In this document: piece after piece, positions 27,859 to 38,093 of the stretch | How the letters are laid out: every line of letters starts with the position of its first letter | Position numbering within the stretch: position 1 is the stretch's first letter | Origin: Promethearchaeota archaeon | GTDB lineage: Archaea > Asgardarchaeota > Lokiarchaeia > Sigyniarchaeales > SOKP01 | NCBI GenBank assembly: GCA_048941285.1 | Contig: JBHLNS010000004.1 | Coordinates: 64,001-128,000 of the forward strand | Reading direction: 5' to 3' | DNA length: 64,000 nucleotides | Made by a program: the position numbers and the translations under genes | Notes under the pieces: model-generated | The model's database searches: none | The model's input: the letters and a program-made list of their open reading frames with translations, nothing else | What the model was told of the DNA's origin: nothing

Positions 27859-28713
27859 TTACAATAATCCTAGGAGATCAGAAACTCCCCCAATTTTAGG
27901 AACCTCGATTTTAAAATAGTCACGAACAATATCAATTAAGAAAGTCAAATATGGTGTTGCTATTTTTTCATCATGCTTTTCTGAGATAAGATTAATCAAC
28001 ATTTTAGATGTTAATGGTTTTCCTTCCTGCTTTTGAATAAATTCTAGTATGGATGTAGAGTATTCATATGCTTTATTTATTTCATTTCTTAATATAATTA
28101 AACCTGCCATCAAATCATACTCTGCGAAGAATTTTTGGACTATAACGCGTTCATTCTCTAAGTCTTTTAGATTGATTACTTTATCCTTATCTCTGATAAC
28201 TTCCCTATTTTTAAAAACAAGATAATCTTCAAAATAATTTCTGTTTTTTTTATAATCCATTTCAGACATCATTTTTAAATCAAAATCGAAAGAATTCTGA
28301 GTAATATATTTAAAGAAATTGAGAATATGATTATAAAGAAACTCTTGATCAGAGAGTATCAATGTCTTCTTTCCAAGAAACATCGCTCTAAAAAGATAGG
28401 CCATTAATATATCGGGGATATTGAGTTTAATTAGATCGAACTTAATTGTATCCGTTTGGGGAGTAGGCATTTCTTTTGTTTTATTTTTAATTTCACTTTC
28501 AGGAAGTTCAATCTTAAAATCGGCTACTAAGCAATCTCTTACGACTAAATTCTTGTCTACATATGCGATAAATGAATGGTCGCATATCATACCTGCAGCT
28601 ATATTGATTGCTAAGAGTCCTTTAGTAACATTTTTAGTAGCCTCATCTGAAATCTCTATATGATCCCATTTCGTGCAGAGGGGACACCGAATTTCAATTC
28701 TCGCCATATTCAA
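27859..28713 (-). CDS. Zn-ribbon protein with possible DENN-core-like and winged-helix regions
   Basis: CPLC...CDH N-terminal ribbon; ILMAYLFRAMFLGKKTLILSD..FL resembles the cDENN helix-strand signature. Confidence 0.55.
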   Translation of the reverse strand: MNMARIEIRCPLCTKWDHIEISDEATKNVTKGLLAINIAAGMICDHSFIAYVDKNLVVRDCLVADFKIELPESEIKNKTKEMPTPQTDTIKFDLIKLNIPDILMAYLFRAMFLGKKTLILSDQEFLYNHILNFFKYITQNSFDFDLKMMSEMDYKKNRNYFEDYLVFKNREVIRDKDKVINLKDLENERVIVQKFFAEYDLMAGLIILRNEINKAYEYSTSILEFIQKQEGKPLTSKMLINLISEKHDEKIATPYLTFLIDIVRDYFKIEVPKIGGVSDLLGLL

Positions 28714-28853
28714 TCAGAAAATAAATTTTATTGAATATATATAACAAAAGTTATATTTGTTTTATTACAACCTTATGTTTCTATAATAAATGTTGTATTA
28801 TCACTTTATAAATTTGTTTTATAATAACTCATACTTTAAGTTACATAACAATC

Positions 28854-29333
28854 TTAAAGTCTCCGTACGCGCCCATAATTTCTCTCTATCAAATTTGCAA
28901 AAAGTAAACAAATTATTGCACTTATCACTTCTGCAGTTAAAAAAGCCATAGAATGAGATAAAAACAATACAGAGATAAAGAATGTGCTAAAAAAGAAAAT
29001 GTTAAACAAGATAAAAGTTATCAACAATGGTTTTGTAATTGGAAAATCTAAAAATTTTTTAAACTTTGTACTTCTGCTAATTGTTTTACGAAATCTACTT
29101 CTTAATTTTTCTCTTCTCTCGACTTGGGCATAACTCTCAAAAATTATAAGAGTAGCATAGAAGAGTGCTAACCAAATTCCAATAGGAATTAAAACTGCTA
29201 CAACATGGTTTCCCATAGATAAGAAATATTGACCAATATATATAAAATATAATTGGGATATCCCACTCATTCCTAATAACAGTAAAAGAATCCCAAAATA
29301 TTCCTTTGATGTCCATCGAATTCTTATTGGCAT
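28854..29333 (-). CDS. Four-TM membrane protein, unknown function
   Basis: Four hydrophobic segments around a basic cytoplasmic loop (RREKLRSRFRK). Confidence 0.7.
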   Translation of the reverse strand: MPIRIRWTSKEYFGILLLLLGMSGISQLYFIYIGQYFLSMGNHVVAVLIPIGIWLALFYATLIIFESYAQVERREKLRSRFRKTISRSTKFKKFLDFPITKPLLITFILFNIFFFSTFFISVLFLSHSMAFLTAEVISAIICLLFANLIERNYGRVRRL

Positions 29334-29357
29334 ATTTCTGTTTCCTTACTTATTTAA

Positions 29358-29434
29358 TGGTGGGCCCGGCGCGATTTGAACGCACGACCTTCCGCACGTC
29401 AAGCGGACGTCATACCGAGCTAGACCACGGGCCC
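29358..29434 (-). tRNA. tRNA-Val(GAC), CCA encoded, no intron
   Basis: Reverse complement GGGCCCG...TCCGC-TTGACGT-GCGGA...GTGCG-TTCAAAT-CGCGC-CGGGCCC-ACCA. Confidence 0.97.
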
Positions 29435-29709
29435 TTTTATTTAATGTTATGAATAATGTATTTAATCGTATGTAATTTATAATATTAAAAAATAAATATT
29501 TTATTAGTCCAAAGGTTTCACATTTTAAAACATTTATTTTTCATATTTTCGACTTAGATTTGTAAATCTCATATCATTTAATAAAATTACCCCATATAGC
29601 GTGTCTTATCAAATTAACAATTAGATGTTCAAATAAGTTAACTGAGTACCAAAACTTCCTAATGACAATTTGAACTCTTCTGAATAAAATCAGAAATAAA
29701 CCTTTTATA

Positions 29710-31065
29710 TCATTTTTCCTGCAATTTTTTTTTACTTTTTGGTTCTTTCAAACCAATATAACCTCTAATAAATGATTTTAAAACCTGTGTAATATACCAA
29801 AGTCCGCTTTCTTTAAAAGGTATAGCTATAAAGTGAGTAAGCCTATAAGTCAACATATCTTTTTTTTTAATTCCTAAGAATTCTCCTAGTATGCTAACCC
29901 AGTTTCTTACTGGAATGCGCTTATTCGTTAATCCTAATGCGGAAGTAAATCCATCTCCGAAGATTGATATCACTGCATGACAACATGGACATAATGTACA
30001 TAACATTTCAGCATTTGACTCAACTGCTTCGTCGATAATTGGTAAGATATCTTTTTTTACTATAAGCTTTAAAGGATTTTTTGATTCTCTAATTATACAA
30101 TATAAATCACAGAAGGAGCTCGTTTTATGATGTTTCATTTCTGAGATTTTTACAGTTGGTAGTAGTGAAAAGAGATTTCTTATACTTGATACATCTCCAC
30201 TATGTACAAGGTGACAAGAATCATGAATCGTAATTACTTGAGATTCAGCTCTAAATTTACTTATGAATTTTTTATTTTCAGGTTTTTTTAAAATTTCCGC
30301 GATATAATCTGCTGCATAGATGATCTCCAAGTCATAATCTTGAATAAGTTGTGGTGCAAGTTTTTTAAGGCCATAATAACAAGTCGCGCAGTAGACCATT
30401 ACTTTTTTTGTATTAAATTTCTTAATTTCATCAACCAAGTTTTTTAAAAGATATTTTCCATATTCGAATTTTCCAAGACCAAATAAAACTGCTCCACAAC
30501 ACACTAATTTATCATATAAGCCTTCAATAAGACCAAAGTTAAGATTTAATTTACAGAATATGTCAAGTAATGTATAATATTGATTCTCCAGCATTTGGAT
30601 GCCACAACCTGAAAAAAATATTACTTCACGTGTTTTTGGTATTCGATATTCATCATATTTCTCTCTATTTAACCTGGGAATCAAAAAATTATTTAAATTT
30701 AGTATAATATGTGCTAGTCTCCTTCCATTAATGAATCTCTCAAATAGAGAAGGAATATTATATGGAAGCCATGTATATTTTTTGTTTAATTGAGATAATT
30801 CAAATCTAATGGTCGAAAGGCGTTCTGTTAGATCTAAATTATTTATACAGGATATCTGGCAATTTTTGCAATATACGCATGATTTTAAAAATTTCTTAAT
30901 CGATTTAACATTTTTTTTATCCAATTTATTCTGGAAAAGATTTTTTAAGGTCTTATGAATCGAGTATTGCGTTGTTTTATAAGCATAACAATTTTTATAG
31001 CAGATCCCGCATTCGGTACATTCCTTAATATAATATTCTTTAAATTTAGAAAAATCATTAGTCAT
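29710..31065 (-). CDS. Fe-S oxidoreductase, HdrD/GlpC-like (ferredoxin plus CCG domains)
   Basis: CTECGICYKNC and CVYCKNCQISC; FSGC, VCCG, CATC, HDSCH, LCPCC. Confidence 0.87.
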   Translation of the reverse strand: MTNDFSKFKEYYIKECTECGICYKNCYAYKTTQYSIHKTLKNLFQNKLDKKNVKSIKKFLKSCVYCKNCQISCINNLDLTERLSTIRFELSQLNKKYTWLPYNIPSLFERFINGRRLAHIILNLNNFLIPRLNREKYDEYRIPKTREVIFFSGCGIQMLENQYYTLLDIFCKLNLNFGLIEGLYDKLVCCGAVLFGLGKFEYGKYLLKNLVDEIKKFNTKKVMVYCATCYYGLKKLAPQLIQDYDLEIIYAADYIAEILKKPENKKFISKFRAESQVITIHDSCHLVHSGDVSSIRNLFSLLPTVKISEMKHHKTSSFCDLYCIIRESKNPLKLIVKKDILPIIDEAVESNAEMLCTLCPCCHAVISIFGDGFTSALGLTNKRIPVRNWVSILGEFLGIKKKDMLTYRLTHFIAIPFKESGLWYITQVLKSFIRGYIGLKEPKSKKKLQEK

Positions 31066-31187
31066 TGTTGAGAAATCATTATGCTTCGGTGGAATTATTA
31101 ACTAATAAAAAAATTAAAAAAAGAAAAATATAACTGTTTACTAATAGGAAAACAAATAAGAAAATAGATTTAAAAATGGTAGGGTAA

Positions 31188-31730
31188 ATGTCAGCTAAAG
31201 TTAGAATAAGGAAAAAATATGGAAAAGAACGAGTGATTTATGAAATTAAAGAGAGTTTAGAACATAAAATGGTTCTGAGACTCGAAGCTCCACTTATTGG
31301 GTTAATCGCTTTTAGTTTTGCGCTTTGGGGTTCGAAAATTTTCACGGCACTTTCACCAGGGACAAGTTTGATTTTTCAAATCAGTGGTTATACCATTCAT
31401 CTACACCACTTTCATTATGGTATCATCGCATTAGCAATTGGATTAGTACTTACATTTTTTGAGGGACGCTGGTTTGCACGAATTGAACACATTCTATTTG
31501 GGGCGGGTTTAGGTTTTATAGTTGATGAATATTGGTTACTTTTAATATTCGATGATTCGACATATTTCGGTCCCGAATCACAATTTATTTCCGTCATGAT
31601 AGGACTCGTAATTAGTATAATTTATGCGATAATAATAATAGGAATTTATTTCATAACCAAGGAAGAACGAAAAATTTGGCACGAATTATATGATGTTGTT
31701 AAATCAGATAAATTTGAAATTGATATATAA
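31188..31730 (+). CDS. Membrane protein with HxHH motif
   Basis: IHLHHFHYG and GAGLGFIVDE within TM segments. Confidence 0.72.
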   Translation: MSAKVRIRKKYGKERVIYEIKESLEHKMVLRLEAPLIGLIAFSFALWGSKIFTALSPGTSLIFQISGYTIHLHHFHYGIIALAIGLVLTFFEGRWFARIEHILFGAGLGFIVDEYWLLLIFDDSTYFGPESQFISVMIGLVISIIYAIIIIGIYFITKEERKIWHELYDVVKSDKFEIDI

Positions 31731-32016
31731 TATCATTAATTTAATTAATGTAAGATAATGTAAATTGGTTTTTTCATATTTTTGTTCAAATAAAATGCTA
31801 AAAACAGTATAAAGGAAAGCTAACAACGGAAAATAAGAAAGATATTCAAAGAAAATGATCTTGCTTTAATTCTTTTATTTTTAATGCTCTTCTTAAGAAA
31901 TGTCGTCTCTTTAAGAAAAATTCTACTTAACGAGATAAGCTATATTAACACATTGATATCTCCAAATAATTCACTCATTTCTTAAAAATAGAATAAAAAA
32001 ATAAATTATTAGCTGT

Positions 32017-33252
32017 TTATGCTTTTTTTTCTCGTAAAGCTCTAATCATAGGTAAATCATTTCCAGAAAGAATTTCTAACATTGCTCCGCCAGCTGTTGA
32101 TATAAAAGAAACTTCATCTGCTTTTCCTGCCATTGAAGCTGCAGCACCCATTTCACCGCCTCCGATTATTGTAAGTGCTTTATTTTTCTTTGTAGCAGCT
32201 ACCATAGTATTAACAATTTCATTTGTGGATTTTCTAAACACTTCTTTTTCGAATATACCTGGAGGACCATTTGCTACGATAGTTTTGCATTTCATCAAGA
32301 TATCATTAAATTTTTCTACCGTTTTGTGACCAATATCTCCCGTTGTTGTGTTATATGTCCCAGCCTCATCTATTCCAATTTCTTTTCTATTACCGTTTTC
32401 ATCTATAACTAAATCTTCTGGAAGAATAATTTTATCTTTGTATTTTTCATAGGTATCTATTATCATAGCTTTATTTGCTTCTAGATCTTCAGCGATTATT
32501 TTATGATTCGGTTCTCCCATGTTTTTACCTAAAGCTTCAAAAATTAATATAGCTGTTAATCCAGAGCATAGAGCGTAATCTAATTTTTCATTATCAAAAT
32601 TGTACTTCATTGCTTTAAATTTATCAATTGCTTTTGCTCCGCCTATTAACATTGCCATAGGTTTTTCAGGTTCTTGCATTATCTTTTTTAATGCATATAA
32701 TTCATCAGCGGTTATTGGTCCTGCCATCATCTTAGGCCATCCTACGATGGATGCATGAGCTCGATGAGCAGCTCCAAAAGCGTCAACAATAACATAATCT
32801 ACTAAGGGATATAATGTTTTTATCATCTCAGTATTTTCAGCTTCAGAAAAATCCTTATAGTTTTTCATCTCTCCTTCAAATTTTCGAACGTTATCAAGAA
32901 CTAAAACTTCTCCTGGTTTAAGATCTTTAATTGCTTGAACAGCTTGTTGACCAAATATATCTTTTACAAATTTTACTGGACGACCAAGATGTTTTTCGAT
33001 CTCTTTAGCATGGATGTCTAAATCAGTAAAATCTTTTTCTCCAGGGCGAGATTGATGAGCTAATATTATCACTGCACTCTTTTTAAAATACTCATTAAGA
33101 GCGGGTACAAGAGCACGAATTCGAGGAGAATCTCTAATCTCCATTTTGTCTAAATCTATGTTAGAGTTAATATCGACACGCATTAAGATCTTTTTACCTT
33201 TCAATTTAACATCTTTAAAAGATGTATAGTCAATTTTCATATGTTTCCTCAC
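32017..33252 (-). CDS. pgk: Phosphoglycerate kinase
   Basis: RVDINS, AHQSRP, LDNVR, DAFGAAHRAHAS, GGAK..DK, NGPPGIFE, GGG, STAGGA; start probably ATG 33240. Confidence 0.96.
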   Translation of the reverse strand: MRKHMKIDYTSFKDVKLKGKKILMRVDINSNIDLDKMEIRDSPRIRALVPALNEYFKKSAVIILAHQSRPGEKDFTDLDIHAKEIEKHLGRPVKFVKDIFGQQAVQAIKDLKPGEVLVLDNVRKFEGEMKNYKDFSEAENTEMIKTLYPLVDYVIVDAFGAAHRAHASIVGWPKMMAGPITADELYALKKIMQEPEKPMAMLIGGAKAIDKFKAMKYNFDNEKLDYALCSGLTAILIFEALGKNMGEPNHKIIAEDLEANKAMIIDTYEKYKDKIILPEDLVIDENGNRKEIGIDEAGTYNTTTGDIGHKTVEKFNDILMKCKTIVANGPPGIFEKEVFRKSTNEIVNTMVAATKKNKALTIIGGGEMGAAASMAGKADEVSFISTAGGAMLEILSGNDLPMIRALREKKA

Positions 33253-33397
33253 TTTAACTTAGGATTTAAAATTGAATGAATAGTAATTTATAATTATTTT
33301 GAGTAATTATTATCTTTTTTCTAAAATTAGTAAACTACAAAATTTATGTTTATTTACTGATTTTAATTAAAACAAATTTATGGTAGGATTAGGTTAA

Positions 33398-34177
33398 ATG
33401 AGTGAAATTAAAAACATTCTTTTAAAATTACTTGAAAAAGAAATATCTTTAGAAGATGCAGAGAAATTATTAAAGGCAAATTTAATTGAGGAGGTAGGCG
33501 ATTTAGCAAAATTAGATATTTTTCGTCAAACCAGAACAGGTAGTCCGGAAGTAATTTTCGCTCAAAATAAATCCTCTCAAATGTTAATAGATATTGTTTC
33601 CCAATTTCTGAAAAGTAAAAAATTCGCTATAATTTCTCGTTATAATGAGGCTCAAAAAGCCTTAATTCTTGAGCAATTCAGGCATAATAAAGATTACGTA
33701 ATCGATGTTAATGAATTAGGAAAAATCATGATTATTAAAGAATCTACACATGAATTTGAAAATAAAGGAGGAATTGTTGGAATTATTACAGCAGGGAGCT
33801 CTGATATTCCCGTGGCGGTTGAAGCCGAAGCTATCGTAAAAGCAATGGGATGTAGAGTTATTTCTAGTTATGATGTAGGTATTGCGGGTATACATCGAAT
33901 TTTTACGCCGTTAAGTAATATGATAGCAAATGGTGTACATGTCATTATAGTTTGTGCAGGTATGGAAGGAACTCTTCCGGGTGTAGTTGCTGCTCTTGTT
34001 GATGTTCCGGTTATAGGCGTTCCAATCTCGAGTGGTTATGGTATTGGTGAAAAAGGTAAGGGTGCTTTAATCACTATGCTACAATCATGTTCTCCAGGAT
34101 TACTAGTGGTGAACATCGACAATGGATTTGGCGCAGGCGCTTCCGCTGCCATTATTGCAAATAAAATTGCAGAATAA
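33398..34177 (+). CDS. larB: Nickel-pincer cofactor biosynthesis protein LarB
   Basis: LD..R..RTG.PEVIF..NK, TAGSSDIPVA.EA, DVGIAGIHR, AGMEGTLPGVV, PVIGVP.S.GYG, SCSPG..VVNIDNGFGA. Confidence 0.95.
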   Translation: MSEIKNILLKLLEKEISLEDAEKLLKANLIEEVGDLAKLDIFRQTRTGSPEVIFAQNKSSQMLIDIVSQFLKSKKFAIISRYNEAQKALILEQFRHNKDYVIDVNELGKIMIIKESTHEFENKGGIVGIITAGSSDIPVAVEAEAIVKAMGCRVISSYDVGIAGIHRIFTPLSNMIANGVHVIIVCAGMEGTLPGVVAALVDVPVIGVPISSGYGIGEKGKGALITMLQSCSPGLLVVNIDNGFGAGASAAIIANKIAE

Positions 34178-34335
34178 TTTTAATTTGCTATTTAACATAT
34201 ATTTATTTCTTTAGAGACGTAATCTTTTATCGATCCTCTCATTTTATTCTAATTTCACTTAGAAAAATTATATAAATATTCGGGTTTAAATTTCACTTAA
34301 TTAATCATTTTATAAATTCAAAAATAAAATAAAAA

Positions 34336-35007
34336 GTGAAATTTATGGTTACACCAGAATCTCAAGCTGCTTTAGACCATCTTCGTCAGTTAAATCAAGA
34401 CTTAGGATGGTATATTATTCCACTACTCGCTATTGTGCTATATATTTATGGCGTAGAAATTAAAAATGCTAGAGAAACCGGAAATTGGAATACTGTTTTT
34501 GCAGGACTAACAGTATTAGGTTTAGATCTCATTAATGAAATATGGAATGGACTTGTCCTTGCTTTTACCAATTACTCCGCTTTTTGGACTACCCCAGGAG
34601 CAAGTGCTTATATAATTTTAGTTGGATGGAATATTGAAATTGCTTTTATGTTTTCTATCGCCGGTATTGTTTTTGCTAAGTTTTTACCAGAAGATAGGAA
34701 TAAAAAAATCCTCGGACTTTCTAATCGATGGGCTATGGCAATTGGTTTTGCTTTATTTTGTGTAATTGTTGAAATTTTCTTGAATATTGGAAATTATTTA
34801 ATATGGGTATATCCATGGTGGAATTGGTATAATCCAATCTTAATTTTTCTATTTGGATACTTTCATTTCTTTGTAGGAGCCTTTTATGTACATGATTTAC
34901 CAGAGAGAAAATCAAAATTGAAATTTGTTGGAATAATCTATGCTATAGGTATTGGACTTTTATGTATTTTTCTGCCTTTAGGTATTGCGGGAATAATAAA
35001 TTTTTAA
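34336..35007 (+). CDS. Multi-pass membrane protein, unknown function
   Basis: About 6 TM; conserved-looking NEIWNG, WTTPG, ILVGWNIEI.FMF. Confidence 0.75.
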   Translation: MKFMVTPESQAALDHLRQLNQDLGWYIIPLLAIVLYIYGVEIKNARETGNWNTVFAGLTVLGLDLINEIWNGLVLAFTNYSAFWTTPGASAYIILVGWNIEIAFMFSIAGIVFAKFLPEDRNKKILGLSNRWAMAIGFALFCVIVEIFLNIGNYLIWVYPWWNWYNPILIFLFGYFHFFVGAFYVHDLPERKSKLKFVGIIYAIGIGLLCIFLPLGIAGIINF

Positions 35008-35290
35008 AAAATCTTAATTCTAATTTTTCTTTTAATTTTAATTAAACAAATTTCTAATTAAATATCTAAACATCTAATGAATTTATTTACTTAAAGTGAA
35101 GGACGGAATTATTCAAAGCTTTATCCCTTTTCAATATTGAGAAATAAGACGTTTCAGTATCTTGAAAATTCACAAATTTAAGATAGATAAGTATAAAAAG
35201 GTATATTAATATAATAAATATTGAACTTATTTTTGAATTAATTATATAAAAAATCTATAAAAATTGTAAGAAGAAGTAGTTGAGACCCCG

Positions 35291-35833
35291 ATGGTCGCAT
35301 CTATTGATCATATTGAACTTTTTGAAAAATCTAAAAAGTTATTTGAAGATGGTGACATCATTAGTACTTTAGAGAACTTTGAGAAAGCAATGGAACGCAT
35401 TGATCGTTCACAATTAAAAAATAAATTAGAATATATTCAATTTTTGGAATCAATTCTAAATCACTGTAGAGAAAATAATTTACCTGAAGAAGAAGCATTA
35501 GTTTTAAGAGCATTAGGAAGAACTTACTCGCTTTTTAAACAATACCCTGAAAGTATGAAATATCATTACCAATCATTAAAAATTCAGAAGAAACTCGGTA
35601 AAAAATTAGAAACTGCTGAAGGATTAGTATTCTTTGCTGAGGATCTTGAAGTATCTGGAAATTTCGATAAATGCATTCAAGCATTTCAAGAAGCCTCAGA
35701 AATATTTCAGGGATTGGGTAAATTAAGGAAAGTCAAAGAAATCAATAAAGAAATTACAAGATTAGAAGCCTTTTCAAGAGAAATGGTTGAAGATGAGTAT
35801 ATACTACATAAGTTTAATGTTGATAAATATTAA
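35291..35833 (+). CDS. TPR-repeat protein
   Basis: A.VL.ALGRTY....QY.ESM.YH.QSL.I and related helical repeats. Confidence 0.8.
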   Translation: MVASIDHIELFEKSKKLFEDGDIISTLENFEKAMERIDRSQLKNKLEYIQFLESILNHCRENNLPEEEALVLRALGRTYSLFKQYPESMKYHYQSLKIQKKLGKKLETAEGLVFFAEDLEVSGNFDKCIQAFQEASEIFQGLGKLRKVKEINKEITRLEAFSREMVEDEYILHKFNVDKY

Positions 35834-35893
35834 ATCATAAAACAAGTGAATTCATTAATCAACTATTTTTTTTTCTTATTTTTATTATTAAAA

Positions 35894-37195
35894 CTACTCT
35901 ATCAAGTCTTCCGAAATTTTGTTAAAGATTTGTTTCATTTCAGCATTAACCATTAACTCAACCTTTTTTATAGAAAGCCCCGCGTCTTTACTTATTCTCT
36001 TAAGATCTTCATATTCTGGTTTGATATTAACAATTTCTAATCCCTTTTCTGATTTAATAAATGAGATTTTATAATCAACATCGTAAATTTTTTTATTTAT
36101 TTCAATACTTTTCTTTTCAATTTTCCTACTTACACAAACTCGATTAATGATATTGAATCTTACTCCTAATGTTCCTAATTGATGTACAATTTTTTCAATC
36201 AACTTAAAAGTGTGCTCTGGATAACAAAGAACTTTTATTATATGGCTAGGTCTATTTTTTTTCGTTATACTAGGAAATATTTGGATATCAAGTATATCTT
36301 CCTTTTCAAAATTAGTAATGAGATTTCCAAGAATTTCTCCAGATATGTCATCTACATCCGTTTCCAATACACAAACTTCTTCAATATACTGTTGTAAAGA
36401 GTGGGTTAAATTATATCCTTGAGATTCTTTTTCCTCACCATAGATTAATCTTAAAACATTTAGGAAATTATCAAATTTCTTTTGTCCTGTGCTATAAACT
36501 GATTTTATAATTTTCATCTCACTAGGATATTGAAGAATTTGGGGTTTTAAGTTTACTAATAATGCTGCACCTGTGGGGGTAACTAGTTCAGAATCTATAG
36601 GGCCTCCAACTGTCAATATATTTGATTTTTCTAAAATCTTTAAAGTAGCTGGGGCAGGAATAGCTAACATCCCATGTTTTGTATTGATATTTCCACCACC
36701 TAAAGGAATTTTACTACAAGAAATTCTTAATCCGTCTTTAAAGCCATTAATCTTATCAAGAACCATTGCTACTCCGATAATATCTATAAATGTATCAATC
36801 GAACTTAATTCATGCAAATGAACTTTCTCAATTAAATCTCCATGAACATCTGCTTCAGCTTTAATTAAAGAGTTTAAAACGTTTTTCGCATATTTTTTTG
36901 CTGGGTCGGTCATTTTAGACTTCAATAGATAATTATTTAATGAATCCTGCAAACTTTTAGCTGTTCTATGATCTTTTGTTTCTTCAATGTCTATTTTTAA
37001 TTGATTCAGTTGAATTCCACTTCGTTCTGTATGAATCAATTCAATATCCAACTTTTTAACATTAAGAAGAGTCTTTTTTATAGTCCTTAATTCACGTAAA
37101 ATTAGATCAGGGTTTGGGATTAAACCAAGAAGCCCCGCAAGGAACATATCACCAGAAATTCCAGAGTTAAGTAAATCAATATATAATATTTTCAT
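35894..37195 (-). CDS. larC: Nickel insertion protein LarC (single ORF)
   Basis: SGISGDMFLAGL, AEADVHG...VHLHE, HG...PAPAT, ELVTPTGAA, LETDVDD.SGE, KKNRP, TLGVR, KPEYED. Confidence 0.94.
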   Translation of the reverse strand: MKILYIDLLNSGISGDMFLAGLLGLIPNPDLILRELRTIKKTLLNVKKLDIELIHTERSGIQLNQLKIDIEETKDHRTAKSLQDSLNNYLLKSKMTDPAKKYAKNVLNSLIKAEADVHGDLIEKVHLHELSSIDTFIDIIGVAMVLDKINGFKDGLRISCSKIPLGGGNINTKHGMLAIPAPATLKILEKSNILTVGGPIDSELVTPTGAALLVNLKPQILQYPSEMKIIKSVYSTGQKKFDNFLNVLRLIYGEEKESQGYNLTHSLQQYIEEVCVLETDVDDISGEILGNLITNFEKEDILDIQIFPSITKKNRPSHIIKVLCYPEHTFKLIEKIVHQLGTLGVRFNIINRVCVSRKIEKKSIEINKKIYDVDYKISFIKSEKGLEIVNIKPEYEDLKRISKDAGLSIKKVELMVNAEMKQIFNKISEDLIE

Positions 37196-37265
37196 TTTAC
37201 TATTATTTCAAGAATGGTTCATTACTCAAAATTTTATGTGATAACAATTTTATAATTATATTATC

Positions 37266-37294
37266 TTTTTAATAATATTAAGAATTATTAAAAA
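37266..37294. promoter_or_regulatory. 11-bp perfect inverted repeat in the larC / alkP-nikR divergent promoter
   Basis: TTTTTAATAAT-ATTAAGA-ATTATTAAAAA; the arms are A/T only, so chance is not excluded. Confidence 0.3.
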
Positions 37295-37325
37295 TAAATT
37301 ATACTTTCAAGTTTAGGACTCAGAT

Positions 37326-38060
37326 ATGTCAGAACTGCAAACCCTTAAAGCTTACTTAACCCAATTACCTGCAACATTGCTAAAATTGCTAAATGTCGCC
37401 CCTCCTCATAATACAATTCCAGAACCAATTCCAGATATTTTAGAATTGTATCAAGGAATCGAGCGTATTACTATAAATTTAATAGATAATTTTGGTCTTT
37501 TTGAGATCACCTACTTAAAACCCCAATTTATGATAGCCAATTCAGAAGTAATGCTACTCCTAAGCACTAAAAACCCATATACGTTAGGAGTTTTACATCA
37601 ATTAATTTATGGTGGGTTTGAAGTTGAACCAAACGGATTTCATCTCTTAAAAGCCTTAAATAAAGGTGGGAAATCGTCTTGTTTAATTGGCAGACAAAAA
37701 GATATAGAAAGATATGATGGTGGCACAAAATCTATTGCTAAAGATACTGATATGAGTACTTGGGTTGAATCGGCAAAAGTTATTAATACACATGATCTTT
37801 CATGGATGCACTATCTAGATTTTGAGAATTTGCATAAACAGCAACAGCAATTAAAGCAAAGAACTCCAGAAGATTTAATTGAAAAATTAATTAATAGAAC
37901 TGACAAATGGATTTTGGGCAATTATAAACAACTTAGACCGAATTCATTAATGATTATTATAGGAGACCATGGAAGAGTCAAACTTGATTTAGAATACAGT
38001 GGTAAAATTGCACAATGGCGAGAAGCAAGTGTACCAATTGCTATACTAATAAGAAAATAA
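37326..38060 (+). CDS. Minimal alkaline-phosphatase-superfamily (NPP-like) protein
   Basis: LTQLPATL, INLIDNFG, HYLDFENLH, IIIGDHG, VPIAI. Confidence 0.65.
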   Translation: MSELQTLKAYLTQLPATLLKLLNVAPPHNTIPEPIPDILELYQGIERITINLIDNFGLFEITYLKPQFMIANSEVMLLLSTKNPYTLGVLHQLIYGGFEVEPNGFHLLKALNKGGKSSCLIGRQKDIERYDGGTKSIAKDTDMSTWVESAKVINTHDLSWMHYLDFENLHKQQQQLKQRTPEDLIEKLINRTDKWILGNYKQLRPNSLMIIIGDHGRVKLDLEYSGKIAQWREASVPIAILIRK

Positions 38061-38093
38061 TTCTGCTTTGTTTTAATTAAATTTAACACCTAA

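Noticed and set aside
26391-29357. Integrated element between tRNA-Gly and tRNA-Val
   Set aside because: No integrase, and no duplicated tRNA 3' end (att site) found by eye
31731-32016. Possible decayed membrane-protein gene in the intergenic gap
   Set aside because: Multiple stops in the frames examined and no identifiable motif
33281-33320. Shared TTTATAATTAT / ATTATCTTTTT words upstream of larB and larC as a nickel regulon motif
   Set aside because: Similar words occur in unrelated intergenic regions (e.g. near 1045 and 8935), so they are probably generic TATA/AT-rich promoter sequence
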